This document shows positions 13,500 to 25,899 of a stretch of DNA of 56,468 bases, piece by piece. The position numbers and the translations under genes were made by a program. The notes under the pieces are model-generated. The model did not search any database and was not told the DNA's origin. It was given only the letters and a program-made list of their open reading frames with translations. How positions within the stretch are numbered: the first letter of the stretch is position 1; every line of letters starts with the position of its first letter. Origin of the DNA: Catajapyx aquilonaris (Eukaryota); assembly GCA_000934665.2 (NCBI GenBank), contig KZ538654.1, forward strand, positions 1 to 56,468, in the 5' to 3' direction.

Positions 13500-15213
13500 A
13501 GTAGCCGCTGGTAGTATGTTAGGCCGACAATAAGATGGTATCACGGTAGCACTTCAGGGCTGTGATAATGGTGCGGCGAAACCGTGATTAAGGGCGGGGT
13601 AATTGCGGGAGTTTATCTGGCGGGCTTTTATGAAATGTATGGCCTGAGGGAGCGGGTGGGGTGTTGGGGGGGGGGGGGAAGGAAGAAAACGTGCCACCCT
13701 CCGCTATACCCCGCCGGTTATATGGGGAAGCTAACGACACGTGACGACAGATAGGCTATTACTGGCCGTGTGAAGGAGCACTTTTTTTGTGTGTGTTAGG
13801 CTTTTCATTCAGTTTGGTAATTAGTGACTGGGGTCCGGGGTGATAAGCAGGCCGTGAATGCAAAAAAGGGAGTGGCGGGGTCCCCGGCTCACATGCTAAA
13901 GTTCCCCAAGGCATTTTGTATGGCCTGTCTAGGGAGGGGAAGTCCTCGAAACCTGCAATCAGACAAATGAAGAAAAGCGCCCGGTGGACACGCCCTTACC
14001 AAGCTTGCGTGACGCCGTTTGCTGGGGAAAAACGCTGATACTATTAGGGGAGTTCAAACGTGGCGGGCGTAGTTCACCCACGCTACCGGGTGAGGGCGCT
14101 TCTTGTGGCGGCCATCTTGTTATCCGCTCCTACAAGTTCATTAAGCTGGAATCACGCTCGTAATTAATATCCCGGGTACTCCAGGTTGTAAATCATGGTG
14201 GTGGTGGTTGGGGGTAAGGAAAAGGGCTCGGAGTAGGGGGGGTTGAGTGGCCCAGGCGGGATTGATACGCTTTGATTAGCATATTAATAGCCTTCTGCCA
14301 GCTTGGGTCCGCCATAGCTTGGGAGTCTATTACCCTCTGGCCCAGAGGTCGGATTTCCCGCGCTTATTTTCATATGAATGGCAGCCCTCTTTGGTAAGGG
14401 AGAGAGTGGTAAGGAGGGAAATCCGTTTTGCAACAATTCAAACTGCGAGCATTGTAGCGATTTTTGAGATTCCGAGTGTAATTAGATGTCTGTCAGCTAG
14501 GCGAAAATTCATATCCAGCTGACTCCCTGGGTTATGCATGTGGATTTGCGGTCTAGGGGCGAGCTAGTTCGGGAATTTCCTGGGCCGGATAATGAATTAC
14601 AAAGTATCTCGAAGGAGTTTTTGGGCCCGGGGAGCCCTCGTTTGTGTTGTCAGAAGCTGGATTTTCTTTTTAGGTAGGGGAAGGGAGGGAGAGCTAGCAA
14701 GACTTTCTTGCATAATTTATGGCCGAAAGAATGAGCGGTAGGGAGTTTTCCGTAGGGTGGGTTGAGAGTTGGCACAAGGAAACTGGAAAAGTCGGAAGAA
14801 TTAAGTTTCTTAATGGGCCCAAATGAAGGTGCAGCGGGTGCCCTGGGGCCCCTTTCTTTCCGGCAGCCCGAGTGTATAGCAGCGGGGCTGACGTGCGCCC
14901 GCGATAAATGTTAATAATTAGAACAAACTGCCTCCCGGGATGTAAATGCGGCGCTAAAAGCGAGCGGGTGCTGTAGCAAGCAAGCGAGGGAGAGAGAGGG
15001 GGGGGGGGGGGGGGNGGGGGGGGGAGGATTGTGTCTTCCAGCCCGCTTCCCGGGGTCTAACATGTTACCAAAACTGAAGGTGCACACCGGAGCGAAACCT
15101 CATCTTTGCAACTGCCTGAGGCTCTTGAATCAGCCCCAGTTTGGAGGCAAAGAGCGTTTCAAGCCGGGGACTATTACATGTCAAGCCGGTGTTGGGAGGC
15201 CTTTGGGGTTGTG

Positions 15214-15347
15214 CCGGAATGGTTAGGTGGGCTAAACGCGCGTTTTTAGCCCGACGTAATACGGGCGTGACACGTCAGCACCACGCTAGTTTCACGCGCG
15301 GATCACGCCGGCCTATAACGCGCGTTTATCCTACCTAACTATTCCGG
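15214..15347. mobile_element. Palindromic MITE-like element with a partial related copy at ~15365-15450
   Basis: IR CCGGAATGGTTAGGTGGGCTAAACGCGCGTT / AACGCGCGTTTATCCTACCTAACTATTCCGG, with internal CGTGACACG motifs. Confidence 0.6.
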
Positions 15348-17358
15348 TTTCGGTTTGTTTTGCACATGGCGTGACACGAGCGTGATGCGGACGTGTCACG
15401 CCCGTTTCAAGTCCGCAAAAATTCGCTTTTTAGCCTACTAACCATTCGGGCGCTGTTTCTTCACGTGGCGTGATGCTGACGTGACACCCGCGTCATCTGC
15501 AGTTCAGACCACACATGTTGACTCACACTAAGCCGATCTTCACACCTCATTTGGCGAAAAGCCGGGGTTGGACCGCAGGACAATAGTCGTCCACTTTCAC
15601 CCGGCTAGGCGTAAAATTTCGGATTTTTGGCCCTATCCTGTAACTTCTCCCCCCTTCCCCCTCTCCTAAAAATATCCATCCTTTATAATTGAATAGCCCT
15701 GGGGGGATGAAAAGGGCGGGGGAGGACAAAAAAAAAGTGCTATTGAAATATGAGCCGGCGGAGATGGTTTTTCAGGCCCCATAAAATGTAGGGAGGGTGT
15801 CTTTCAAGGAGTGTCGCGCTGGAAAGGCCCCCTTTTCATCAGACCGAACCGGGGGTCGTCCACTGGACGCGTGTCGCCCCAGGGGCCAAAGAGAAAGTCG
15901 GCGGGAGATGTTTGTAAGGTTGCCAGGGGATCCGATTGATCTTGATGACACGGCAGAATGGGGGAATAAGGGTCTGGATTTCAAGCGTACCACGGGGGGT
16001 AATCGTGCCAGACTTTTCTTTTTTTTTGTGTGTGTGTGTGTGTGTGATTTCCGATGCTAAGATGGCTGCCATGTTTGTTGAGCTTCCTCCCAAAAAAAAA
16101 ACATATAATAGTATAGGTCCTTTGGAGCGGAAGTTTCATTTGGGGAGGGATGCGGTATAAAAAGGGATGTGTCGAGTCCACTAGAGCTTAAAAGGGAGGC
16201 GGCTGAATTGAACTGAATGGGCTTCAGTTTTTCCGCATGGGTTGTGCTGGGGGAATTCAGGATGATGCTCATGCACATCAGTTTGGTGTACAACGGTGCG
16301 GAAGTACTCCTGAATTGCAATACCGACAGCTCCGCACCCGTTTGCTAACGGTAAAGTGTGCACATACACCTGGTTGCCAAGCGACTACATACTGCACTGA
16401 AAGTGTGAAACTTGACTCCACCCTCGAGCAATACATGGAAAATTCGATATATCGACATCGATCGATATATTTAGAATTCGATTGCGATATATCGAAAATT
16501 GCTACTCAGAAGTCCCCCTATGTTGCGACCACCTGACAACAATGCGCGTTGGAACGCCCCCATTTTGTATTGGTAAATAACCGGGGCCGACTATCTGTTT
16601 TTTACGGCCGGTAATTGACGCCGGTTTACGGCCGCTTTTATGGGATGATAATCTTGGAGAAGCGTCGCATCCCCCTGCTTCGAGGGAAGGATAAGAGCCA
16701 TGGAGTTTGGGAGTTCACGGCGGAGATATTAACCCGGGGGCCGCCCCCGGAGGCCACAAAATCCACCCCGTAATGGCAACAATCTGGAGATTGTGGGAGT
16801 GAGGGGTAAAGGGAACAAGAATGTTCCATCTACCCCCAACTCTTTTTGTGCCTGCCCATTTTAAGGTCAAATCCCTCCCGCGAAATGCTTCTCATAACCC
16901 CATGAGTAAGAAGAAGCGAGTAAAAAAACACGGTTCCGGAAGAATTACAAATTGTGTAAGTTGGCAGTCCTCGAGGTCATTTCCCACGGCTGTCTGGAGC
17001 CCGTGACCTTGCCCGATCATTCAACCGGACGGGCCACAGGATTGGGGTCATTTTTCGCAAGGCCATCATTTAAAGTGCAAGTGGATGTAATCTTTTGCAC
17101 GGGGTTTTTTTTTGGGAGGGGGGGGGGGGGCAGAACACTATAATTTGAGGGCACTAACAACACGTTTGTAGTTTTCAAACCGGGATTTTCTGAGCGCCTT
17201 AGGATGCGACTTAATAACGGGCCAGACTTCATTAGCAATATCAGGCCATTCCATAGTCAATATTACGCTGGAAATATTTTGAATTCAATTTAGTATGTAA
17301 CCATTCGAGTGTGTTCTGCACACGGACGTGTCACGCGCGTGTATGGGATTAGTGTTTA

Positions 17359-17487
17359 TATTGCTACCTGCCAACAATTTGGATAATGGCAGAGAAATCG
17401 TGTTACGCGCGTATCACGCCCGTTTCACGTCCGCCCGACTTTTTCGCTGATTTTTCTGCCATTTTCCAAATGGTTGGCTTACCAATA
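17359..17487. mobile_element. MITE-like inverted-repeat element related internally to the 15.2-kb element
   Basis: Imperfect IR of about 38 bp: TATTGCTACCTGCCAACAATTTGGATAATGGCAGAGAAATC / GATTTTTCTGCCATTTTCCAAATGGTTGGCTTACCAATA. The internal TCACGCCCGTTTCA is shared with ~15396-15409. Confidence 0.6.
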
Positions 17488-20400
17488 GAAACACTATTCC
17501 TCACAAACTTCCAAGCCCTAAAACTTAATTGGCCCCATTTTTTTCTCTTTCTTTAACGACATGCATGCCACGGAAACATTTCCTCCGACTTTTTGAAGTA
17601 ATCGATAGCCTACTATCGCCTGCTGGAGAACCCGCCAAACTTTTTCCCACCGCCGTTAGAGTGCGCCACATCCCCACTCTTTTTTTTTTTTTTTGCATCG
17701 ATTTCACACTCCTAACTTTTCTTTTTCTTCAGTTCCTATCTCCACCCCAAACTTGCAGTGTCTTCATAGCACTTTTTTTCTGAGCTGGAAACAAGGTGGA
17801 AAGCAGAGGTTGGCGTGCAAGCATAAACAGCTGGAAACAAATCGATGGCGTCCGCCTCTGCTTGGCAGTCAGTCTAAAGCTTTTTTTTTTTCTCCCAGTC
17901 TTTTTTGTTGCTCGAGTCGGCAAAAAAATAAAGGCTGACACGGAAGACGTTGGAAGATGGGGAGAGAAGCTTTGTACCAGGCACCCTCCCCCCCCCTCCA
18001 AAAAAGGATCGAAACTCTGGCCCCCACCACGGTCTTAAAGAATGGATGGGAGAAGAAGGTGGTGGAATTTCCTTGTGTTTTGTCACGTCCTAGGGGGAGA
18101 TTAGAGGAAACAAGCGTGGGTCTTTATTAAGAGGTTGACATGTGGAAGTGTCGCAGCCACTGACTCCATTATTGTATCAGAGGATGCATGTGAGCCAACT
18201 TATGAACCACACGGTTGATAAACACATCCTAATGGAAGTACTGGTACTACAAAAAAAAAGGGGGGGAGCACTAGTTAGAATTAGTGTGACACCTTTTACG
18301 TGCTTTGGGACGGGCACAAAAACTACCAGGAGAGAAGCTCCGTAGCAGCATTTGGGGACCGGGTGATTCAGCACCGGCGGACCTGATTTTATGGGGCATA
18401 AAACAGTTGCCATTTCGTACTTGGGTGAAGGTTACATCTTGTCGGTTGCAGCCCACAAAACCGTTTTCTGGGTGGAGTCCAAAGGGTGTTAGAAAGACGG
18501 CCTGTGTCGGTGGTCCCCCCCCCTGGCTTTTCGGTGTCGTAAATCGGGAATGACGGACATTACACGGAGGCGAGCTCCACATAACCCCCCTCCCCCTCTC
18601 CCACCTTCCCAAACCCCCACAAACATCGCCGCAAAGGATGCCACGTAGGATTCCAGCGGCCATTCCACACTCTCACTTAATGGCTCTCGCAATTTTCCAC
18701 TCAATCTTCAGTCTCCGGATTTTTTTTCACACAAAAAATGTGTACTTAGCAGTGGACAGTATACTTAGCACTGGACAGACTTGGTAATTAAAAAAAGCGC
18801 GTTTTTGAGCCAGGTTCTGACCCCGCCTGGAAGGTTTTATGGGGTATTTTACGACAGGTGCATAAAACAAGCGTGAAAGTGTGTGCAGTTGGCAGGCTGG
18901 CTCCACCCTGGGCACAGTTTTCTTTAGTAGGTATAGTTGAGAAACGTCTATCAATAGCCTGAGGCTTACTTTGTAGAAATAATACATGTTTAAAATGTTA
19001 GCACCGGGCCCGTACAATCAATGTGAGGGGGGCGCTGTGGCGTCGCCGACAGTGGTAGTATGGGAGGTCGCCACAGGGCTTTAAAAAAAAAAGTGATAAT
19101 GGAGACTCCGGGATTTGAGCGGTCCTGATATCCCCTCGCGCTAGCAGTGATCAATTGCGGCACATCCGGACATTCGGACACACAACGGGGGGGACTATAG
19201 GAGAGAGGGAGGGGACGATGGGAGGGAGATTCTAATCCGATAGTCTCTGGGAAAAAAGTATAATGAAATTAATCATCGGCGGATCCAGCCGGATGCCAAC
19301 ACACTTTCAGCCCCTAATTATAAATTTATCCTTTGTTTAAACCCGATTCGGAGCCGGCTGTAATGCGGGGTACACAAATGACACGGCATTAAATCCGGGG
19401 GGGCCCCGTAGCCATCGTACACTGTCGCAGGTACTTTGCGTCTGGAATTCGCTGCAAAACTGTCGGCTATAAATCCCACTTTATGCCAGCGGGAGGGAGA
19501 AAAATGTACATTTGCAGTAAATTCGCACGTGATTTTTTTTTTGTTGGCGAGCCTAACGTCCGCTGCGGTCGTTTGTGTCTAAAAAGTCGGTTATGCTTTT
19601 TTTTTGAGGGGGGGTTTACACAGTGTTGTTGTTCGCAAACAAGCAGATGTAATGTTGGGTAGGGGCCGGCTGGCAGAAATATGATTAAGGCGTTAATTCC
19701 TGGTCGAGGAAAATCGCGGAGGTCGTTATCGTGAAATCCACATTTTTTTTGCACAAGCCCGAATGGGGAGTTTGCACAAAAGCGGCCTCTGCTTTCTTTC
19801 TGCAGTTAAATCAACCGGATTACTAACCGTTAGCTAAAAGTACGTTAAAAAAAATAAACTGCCCGGAAATCTGACGTTAATATTAATATTTGCCTTTCGG
19901 AATAATTTGGTCATAAGTTGGGGTTATTTACAGTCTGTGCTCATTAAGTAAATAGATTCTAATTTATTAACCGCCAGAGGCTGCTAAGGTGGCTGTGCAA
20001 ATATTAGCGCTATCCGCTATATGAGCAAGTCCTAATATCGCCCCAACATGGAGGCTGACTCTTAGAAATAATAAACAGTCCGAGCATTTTTCTGCTGACC
20101 GTTGCTTATAAACTGAGTCCCACTTGAGAACCGGAAGAGTCCTCTCTAGCAACCTTGCTCTTGTTACACACTTTTCCCCGGCTCCTTTCAGCCCCTTCTT
20201 GGCTCTTTCCCACTCCAAATCCCGGTCCAGCCCTAACCCCACGAGATGAGCTGGGTAAATATTCCAACCCCAGGAGTAAATACGGAAGCATCTCCGCACC
20301 ATTACCACCCCACACCCTGCAATTAGGTAAAATCCGGCCTAGCTATCTGCGCGCGCATTCGTAGGTGCTGCCATCCAACGGGGACGGTGTGCAAATATTT

Positions 20401-23400
20401 GTGGAAAACAGCTGTGGGGGTTAATGGAAGCGGAATCGCGTTACGGGAATCTATCATCGCTATTAAGATAAACAAAACGGGCCCTTCTGGGGTCTCGTGT
20501 TTGAGTTGATGCAGTATGCGAGTCGAGTGCAGAGGTCAGGAGAAGAGCCCTCTTCACAGATGATTGAGTGAGGGTTGAGAGATAACCCCCCCCCCCCCCC
20601 CTTCCTCCCAACCAACCAGAGTTATACACTAGGGGCAAACAAGTCCATTGGCCAATATCGGGTGTGAAAGCCTTGAGTGGAGCTTGTAAACAACCCTTTT
20701 TTGCTCCCGGTTGATAGTCAAGTATCATATATCCGCTGAAATAAATTGGCCCAAGTCTGGCCACTGTTTTCAAAACACATGTTAGATCATATGTGGCCTG
20801 CCTATATACTTCTATAGGAGGGAAATTCCGGATCTGCTGAAGACACCCAAGAATATCGATACATACTGGCAGGGGATATCGATGTATTTTGGAATGAAGT
20901 ATCGTTACATTGCGGAATGACGTATCGATATATTGCGGAATGGAATATCGATACACCCTACGAGGGCCGTTTTGCTGGATGCGGCAAAGCAGCGGCCAGT
21001 TAAATTTCACATCACATCACTCCAGTGGGATTACCCCACCACCAGATGGTAGCACAATCCTCTTCTCGACTTCCTTTTTTTTCTTCTTCTCCCCTCCCAC
21101 CCTCCAGCCCCATTCCTTTTATCCTAAGCCTGAGAGAGCTGAAACCTCCCCTCTACTACACCATATAAGATAGGTCCTTTTAGACGCCTCCCTGAGCCGA
21201 CCCTCCCCTCCTTCCCCCCCTCCTTCCTTCCTTCTTCCAGCAGCAGATAAAAGTGCATTTTCTCGGGTGGAGCTCGCTGGACCGCAAAACAGTGGGAAAA
21301 GCGCTCGTTTTGGAGGCTCCCGTTTCCGTGCCTGCTCTCCCGGGCTTTACTGCAAAGATATCGATTTATCCCCCTACCCTACAACATTCTTGCTATCAGA
21401 GGGGGAGGGGGGGGAAGGCGGGGGGAGATGGCAATTCTAGGAAAAAGAAGAGAGGGTGCAGGGGTAGGGGGGAGAAAATCGTTTTTCCAATGCAATTTTA
21501 TCAAACCACTTGTACTGTACACGAAACCTTATCGCGTCGGTTATCTGGCGGTAAACACGGGCTTTGTGTGCCTTTGGGCTTATGGACTGGGCTAGAAGAA
21601 AGGCATAAAAAAGCGTGCCGGAGACAAACCGGGCCACCCTCCAATTTGGGGGCTTATCGGCCGCGCCTTACACTACAAAAGGGGGTTGTATTGGTTATGT
21701 ATTTATTTGTTGGAAGGTGAGGTCACCGGGAAATATCTGGCGAAAATTGCGCAATTTGTGCTAAGAGTCAACAATCCTTTATTAACACGATGCATTTTTG
21801 ATGCGCCCCGCATTGTTGCTAATTAACAGCCTGGAGCGACACTGTATTAAGTTTGTGTGTACTTTGGCAAGGCAGCTCCACAGTAAGAACAACATTGTCT
21901 TTCGATTAATAATACAGGCGGTATATTGTTGTGTGCAGGTGTAAGTCTGATCGCGATTCTGAGACCGGTTTAGGTGCGGCAGGTGGTAATAAAAGCGAGG
22001 GTAATAGTCTCATTTGTAACGGTGGGTTCCCATCGGATCAGATGTGCAAAGGTAGGGGGCCCTTTTTTTAATGCGCTCTCCAGCACCCAAGGCTTCTCAT
22101 TATGCGCATTTTAATGTTATCTGTCGACTTGTCATTTAAGTACCCCTCATTTGCATCCTAATTTAAGCCCCTTTTTTGAGGGGAGGTTATGCCCGCAGTG
22201 AGATTCGGGTTCCGTCTCCTGCGGAGTAATATTTAGAAACTAGCCATTGTTGATGGTGAAAACACGGGCCATTATGTGAAACCCAGCACCTGTATAAGCC
22301 CTCTCTGATTTTCCCTTATTCAAACCCGGGCATACATGCGGAAAGTAGTCACTTCCAGGCCCCCTGCAGCAGAGGGGGGGTGCCAGTATTGATGGAAGGC
22401 CCCCTTCTCCAAACACCCAAGTGAGTCACATAGCCCACCCCTCCTGTGGGGAATTCGGGAGTGGGGGGGGGGGGGGGGNGCAAACATGCGATTAGGACAA
22501 CAATGGGGCCGGGTTTTTTTTCACGGTGTGGGTATATCAAATGGGTGGGTCTTCCCCTTGAACCTGGATGGTTATCCAGTGGTCGTGTCATCTGTCTCCG
22601 GAGATAAGGGGACAGCTCTGGGGCAGGGCGGACAGTGGACGAGATGGGAGGAGACGAGCAACGATTTATCCCGCATGTCTCGGGGAAACCGACTCCTAGG
22701 CCGTCTCACGACTTGCTACAAACCACACGCCATCTCGAGATGAAACTGCATACTCGCAGCGAACATCGTGTTAACATGGAAGGTGATAGGCTTTTCTCAT
22801 CAAGTGGGTTAGATAGTGTGTGCGGAACCGATTTTTTTTTGGTCGGGTGTGATCTATTCCGATCACGTAGTCCATCGCAGACAGAGATCAACTTTTCCAA
22901 ACCCCGTGCCGGTGCCATTAGGGAACAAAAGAACATTAGCTGTTATCCGGGCGGGTTATCGGTGGATTCTGAATGTCGGAGGGGGCTCGCCATCTCTCAC
23001 CGCTGCCGGCATATCGACGAGCCTGATTAGGACAAGAGTGGGGAAGAGAAAAAAAGGGCCGCCGGTTTTTCCACACTCCCCCTAAGGACATTTCTTTTTT
23101 TCTTCTTTTTTTTTTAAAAAAAAAACTCCAGCCAGAGGGAGGTTAGGGCTCGAATGTCAGTGGGGCGAAACGACCCCAGTGGGTCATTGAATTTCAAACG
23201 TTGCTCCCCCGTTGCCCCGACGGCGGCTGCACTCTGTTTGCTNCCCCCCACACACAAAAAAAACCTGTCTTGCAATGGTGACCGCCATTAATTTGGCGAC
23301 CCACCCCCATATCAGGGTCCTCTTTGAACATCCGGCGTAGGTGCACCCCAGTTGCACATCATCTGTTCCTGGTACCGCTTCTGAACTCGCAGAACCCTGC

Positions 23401-24045
23401 TTATCGCTCGTCTGTATTCCTCCCGGAGGTGTAATATTTTAATATTCGCCGCCGAGGCGCCGCAAGCTAGAACATTCAAGAGAGGGTATAAAAAAGTGAA
23501 GGAACAAGACGGTGGCGCCATCTTGGGGTGGGGTTGGTATCGGAAATCAGGCTTTGTTTTATTCATCGTGGCGGCGGTTGACGGAACTGAATCCGGCTAA
23601 CAAGTGATTTGCATTCGGTGCGCAGGCGGGCTGTGACGCCGATAAATGCGGGCCAGGACTTTGACATTAGTCTTAGCGCCTATTGAGTTGAAGAAGCATG
23701 ATAAAAAAAAGGTTCGGAGTACACCTCTTGTGGCATCCTCTCCATTGAGCCTTATCTTTGGGCGGAGGGGCCATTTGTAGGAAAGGGTGCGGTTGGCAGG
23801 TAAAAGGTCCCCCCTGGGTCGTAAATCAGCCTGCGGCGTGTTGGAACCGCCTGTTCTGCTTGCTGCCCACCATTTTAGCACCTCTGCTCTCTGGCGCGTC
23901 ACGCCGACCGTGTTCCACCAACACCGCAAAAGTGGTGGCGGGGTGGTTGAGGTCGCTTCAACCTATCGACTCTGGCACTCTGGGGCTCAAGTCTGCGCAA
24001 ATTGAGACACGATCTGGGCCAGGATCAACCCGCTAAGACGGGAAA

Positions 24046-24850
24046 GCTCTAGATGTCGCCACTGGATTGAGGCGAACGGTAGATGTCGCCACTAGCACGG
24101 AAAGTGCGCAGATCCGGATTACTGGTGGCGTTCTGCGCATATTCTTGCAGCAGGTGTGACTGCTTGTAAGAGAAGCGCGGATTTAGCGCTTCCTCAGCAG
24201 GTGATACCGATATGCGGATCCTAATGGGCCGAGAAGCCGCTGACAGGCGTGCTAAATTTCGCGCGGTGCCGTGGCCAAAAGTTCTAAATGCGGACGGGAT
24301 GCTGCTGCTTCCGGCTTCTGGCTTTTGCACCATCCACTTAGATCAAATTTGGAAGGGGGGGTTAATAGCGAGGGGGGGGGGGGGTCGTAGCAACTGGAGG
24401 GGCTTCTAGCCAACTCCTTACATTTTACTACACGGCCGTAAATCCTAGGCGGCATGTGAGCGACTTTGAAATGCGAGCGACAATTTTATTACAGCCGGTC
24501 TGAATAATGCATGTGAATATCGGGGGGAGTCCCGGCACCAATAGGCGTTTCCGACAGACTTAACACGAGCTTGACCTTAATTGATCCTCATCGACTGCGC
24601 CTAGTGGTAGCTGCATAATCAACGCGCGGAAGGAGAGGCTTTCGAGAACCCACTTGGAGCTTTGAAGCCGGCTGCTCGCGCCAAGATCCATGTTATTACC
24701 GTCTTCCGACATCAACTGGGAAGCCAGCTGATTTTACTCGCGGTAGATGTCGCTACTGATTTAATGCTGCCATCTGTTGGAGGTATCTCGCACTTTTTTT
24801 GACGCGTGGTCGGTAGATGTCGCTACTGTTTTAGTGCTGCCATCTATTGG
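24046..24850. promoter_or_regulatory. Cluster of CTCF-like motifs
   Basis: TAGATGTCGCCACT occurs twice (24050, 24080). A 40-bp unit CGGTAGATGTCGCTACTG..GCTGCCATCT(G/A)TTGG occurs twice (24741, 24811). Confidence 0.5.
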
Positions 24851-25899
24851 CTGAATTGTCCTTCGGGTCTAAGAAAGTTTTAAAAATTCATCGATGCTTC
24901 ACATAAGGTCAGCTGTAGTTCACCACTAGGCAAGATTGAGGCACGGGCGTCTGCCGGATTTTTTTTTTTTTCTCGCTGAAAAATTCACGCCAGCGTCTTC
25001 CTTCTCGGTGGGTGGCACCGGAGGGTGGGGGGTGGGGGAAAAAAAGGAAGAACCCCGACTGTTTCCCTCCTCCTTTTGCCCGTGTCGTATCGATTTCTTC
25101 ATTTTAGCGGGCTGAGGCAAGCAATCAGGAAGAGGCTTTGGAGAGCGAGCCGATAAGGAGAAGGGGGAGTAGCATCAAACGCTGCTAAGAAGCGAGGTCG
25201 TCAGCAGCCAAGAGGCTTGCGCCATTAATCGGATCTTGCATAAGGGGGTCCACTGGAAAGTAAAAATTAATCTCCGGTCCCACTATTAATGATCTTGAGG
25301 GTCCGCCATGTTTTTTTATGCCGCCATGTTTGAATGGCCCCTGGAGCTGTCAGTGAGTGTGGAACGGGTGTAATTCGATGATCAGTGTGCGGGGGCTACA
25401 GTGGCCGTGAATAATCTGGTCGATTTAGCTTCCCAAAACCCGGTAGGGGCGGTTGGGAGGTGATGGGGGCCGCCGTACACACAAAAACAGGCGCTAATGA
25501 CTGTCTGGAATGAGTAATCATCCATCAGGGAAGAATGGAGGGCGCGCCGGTGGGGGGAAATAGAAAAGTAAGATCAGAATGGTCAGGTCGGGATCCCAAG
25601 GACGGCTATAAATTAAGCTACCGCTAGGGGGCAACGGTGACGTCATAGCAAATTTTTATGAAGGTGGCAAATGGTCGTTCTGTGACCAAATATTTGGTGA
25701 CCTTTCACAGCTATCAGCGTGCCAACTTCCAGCCTGTAAGTGGGTTAAATAGACCGGATGACCACTACGCATGTGGTCTGAGCATGTAGTGCTGGAAATA
25801 CAAATTAACATGTTTTTAGAGTGGTAGATTTACTTGGTGATTTTTATGTACCTTTCGCCTCCAGCAGTGTGTTACAATATTCTCTTTTCTCTTCTCCAG

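Noticed and set aside
21..25120. Numerous 60-190 aa six-frame ORFs
   Set aside because: They are homopolymer-driven, show no recognisable domains and form no consistent splice chain, so they are treated as chance ORFs.
14107..25332. Scattered YY1/Pho-like GCCATCTT/GCCATGTT motifs suggesting a Polycomb response element
   Set aside because: These short motifs are spread over many kb, and enrichment cannot be established by eye.
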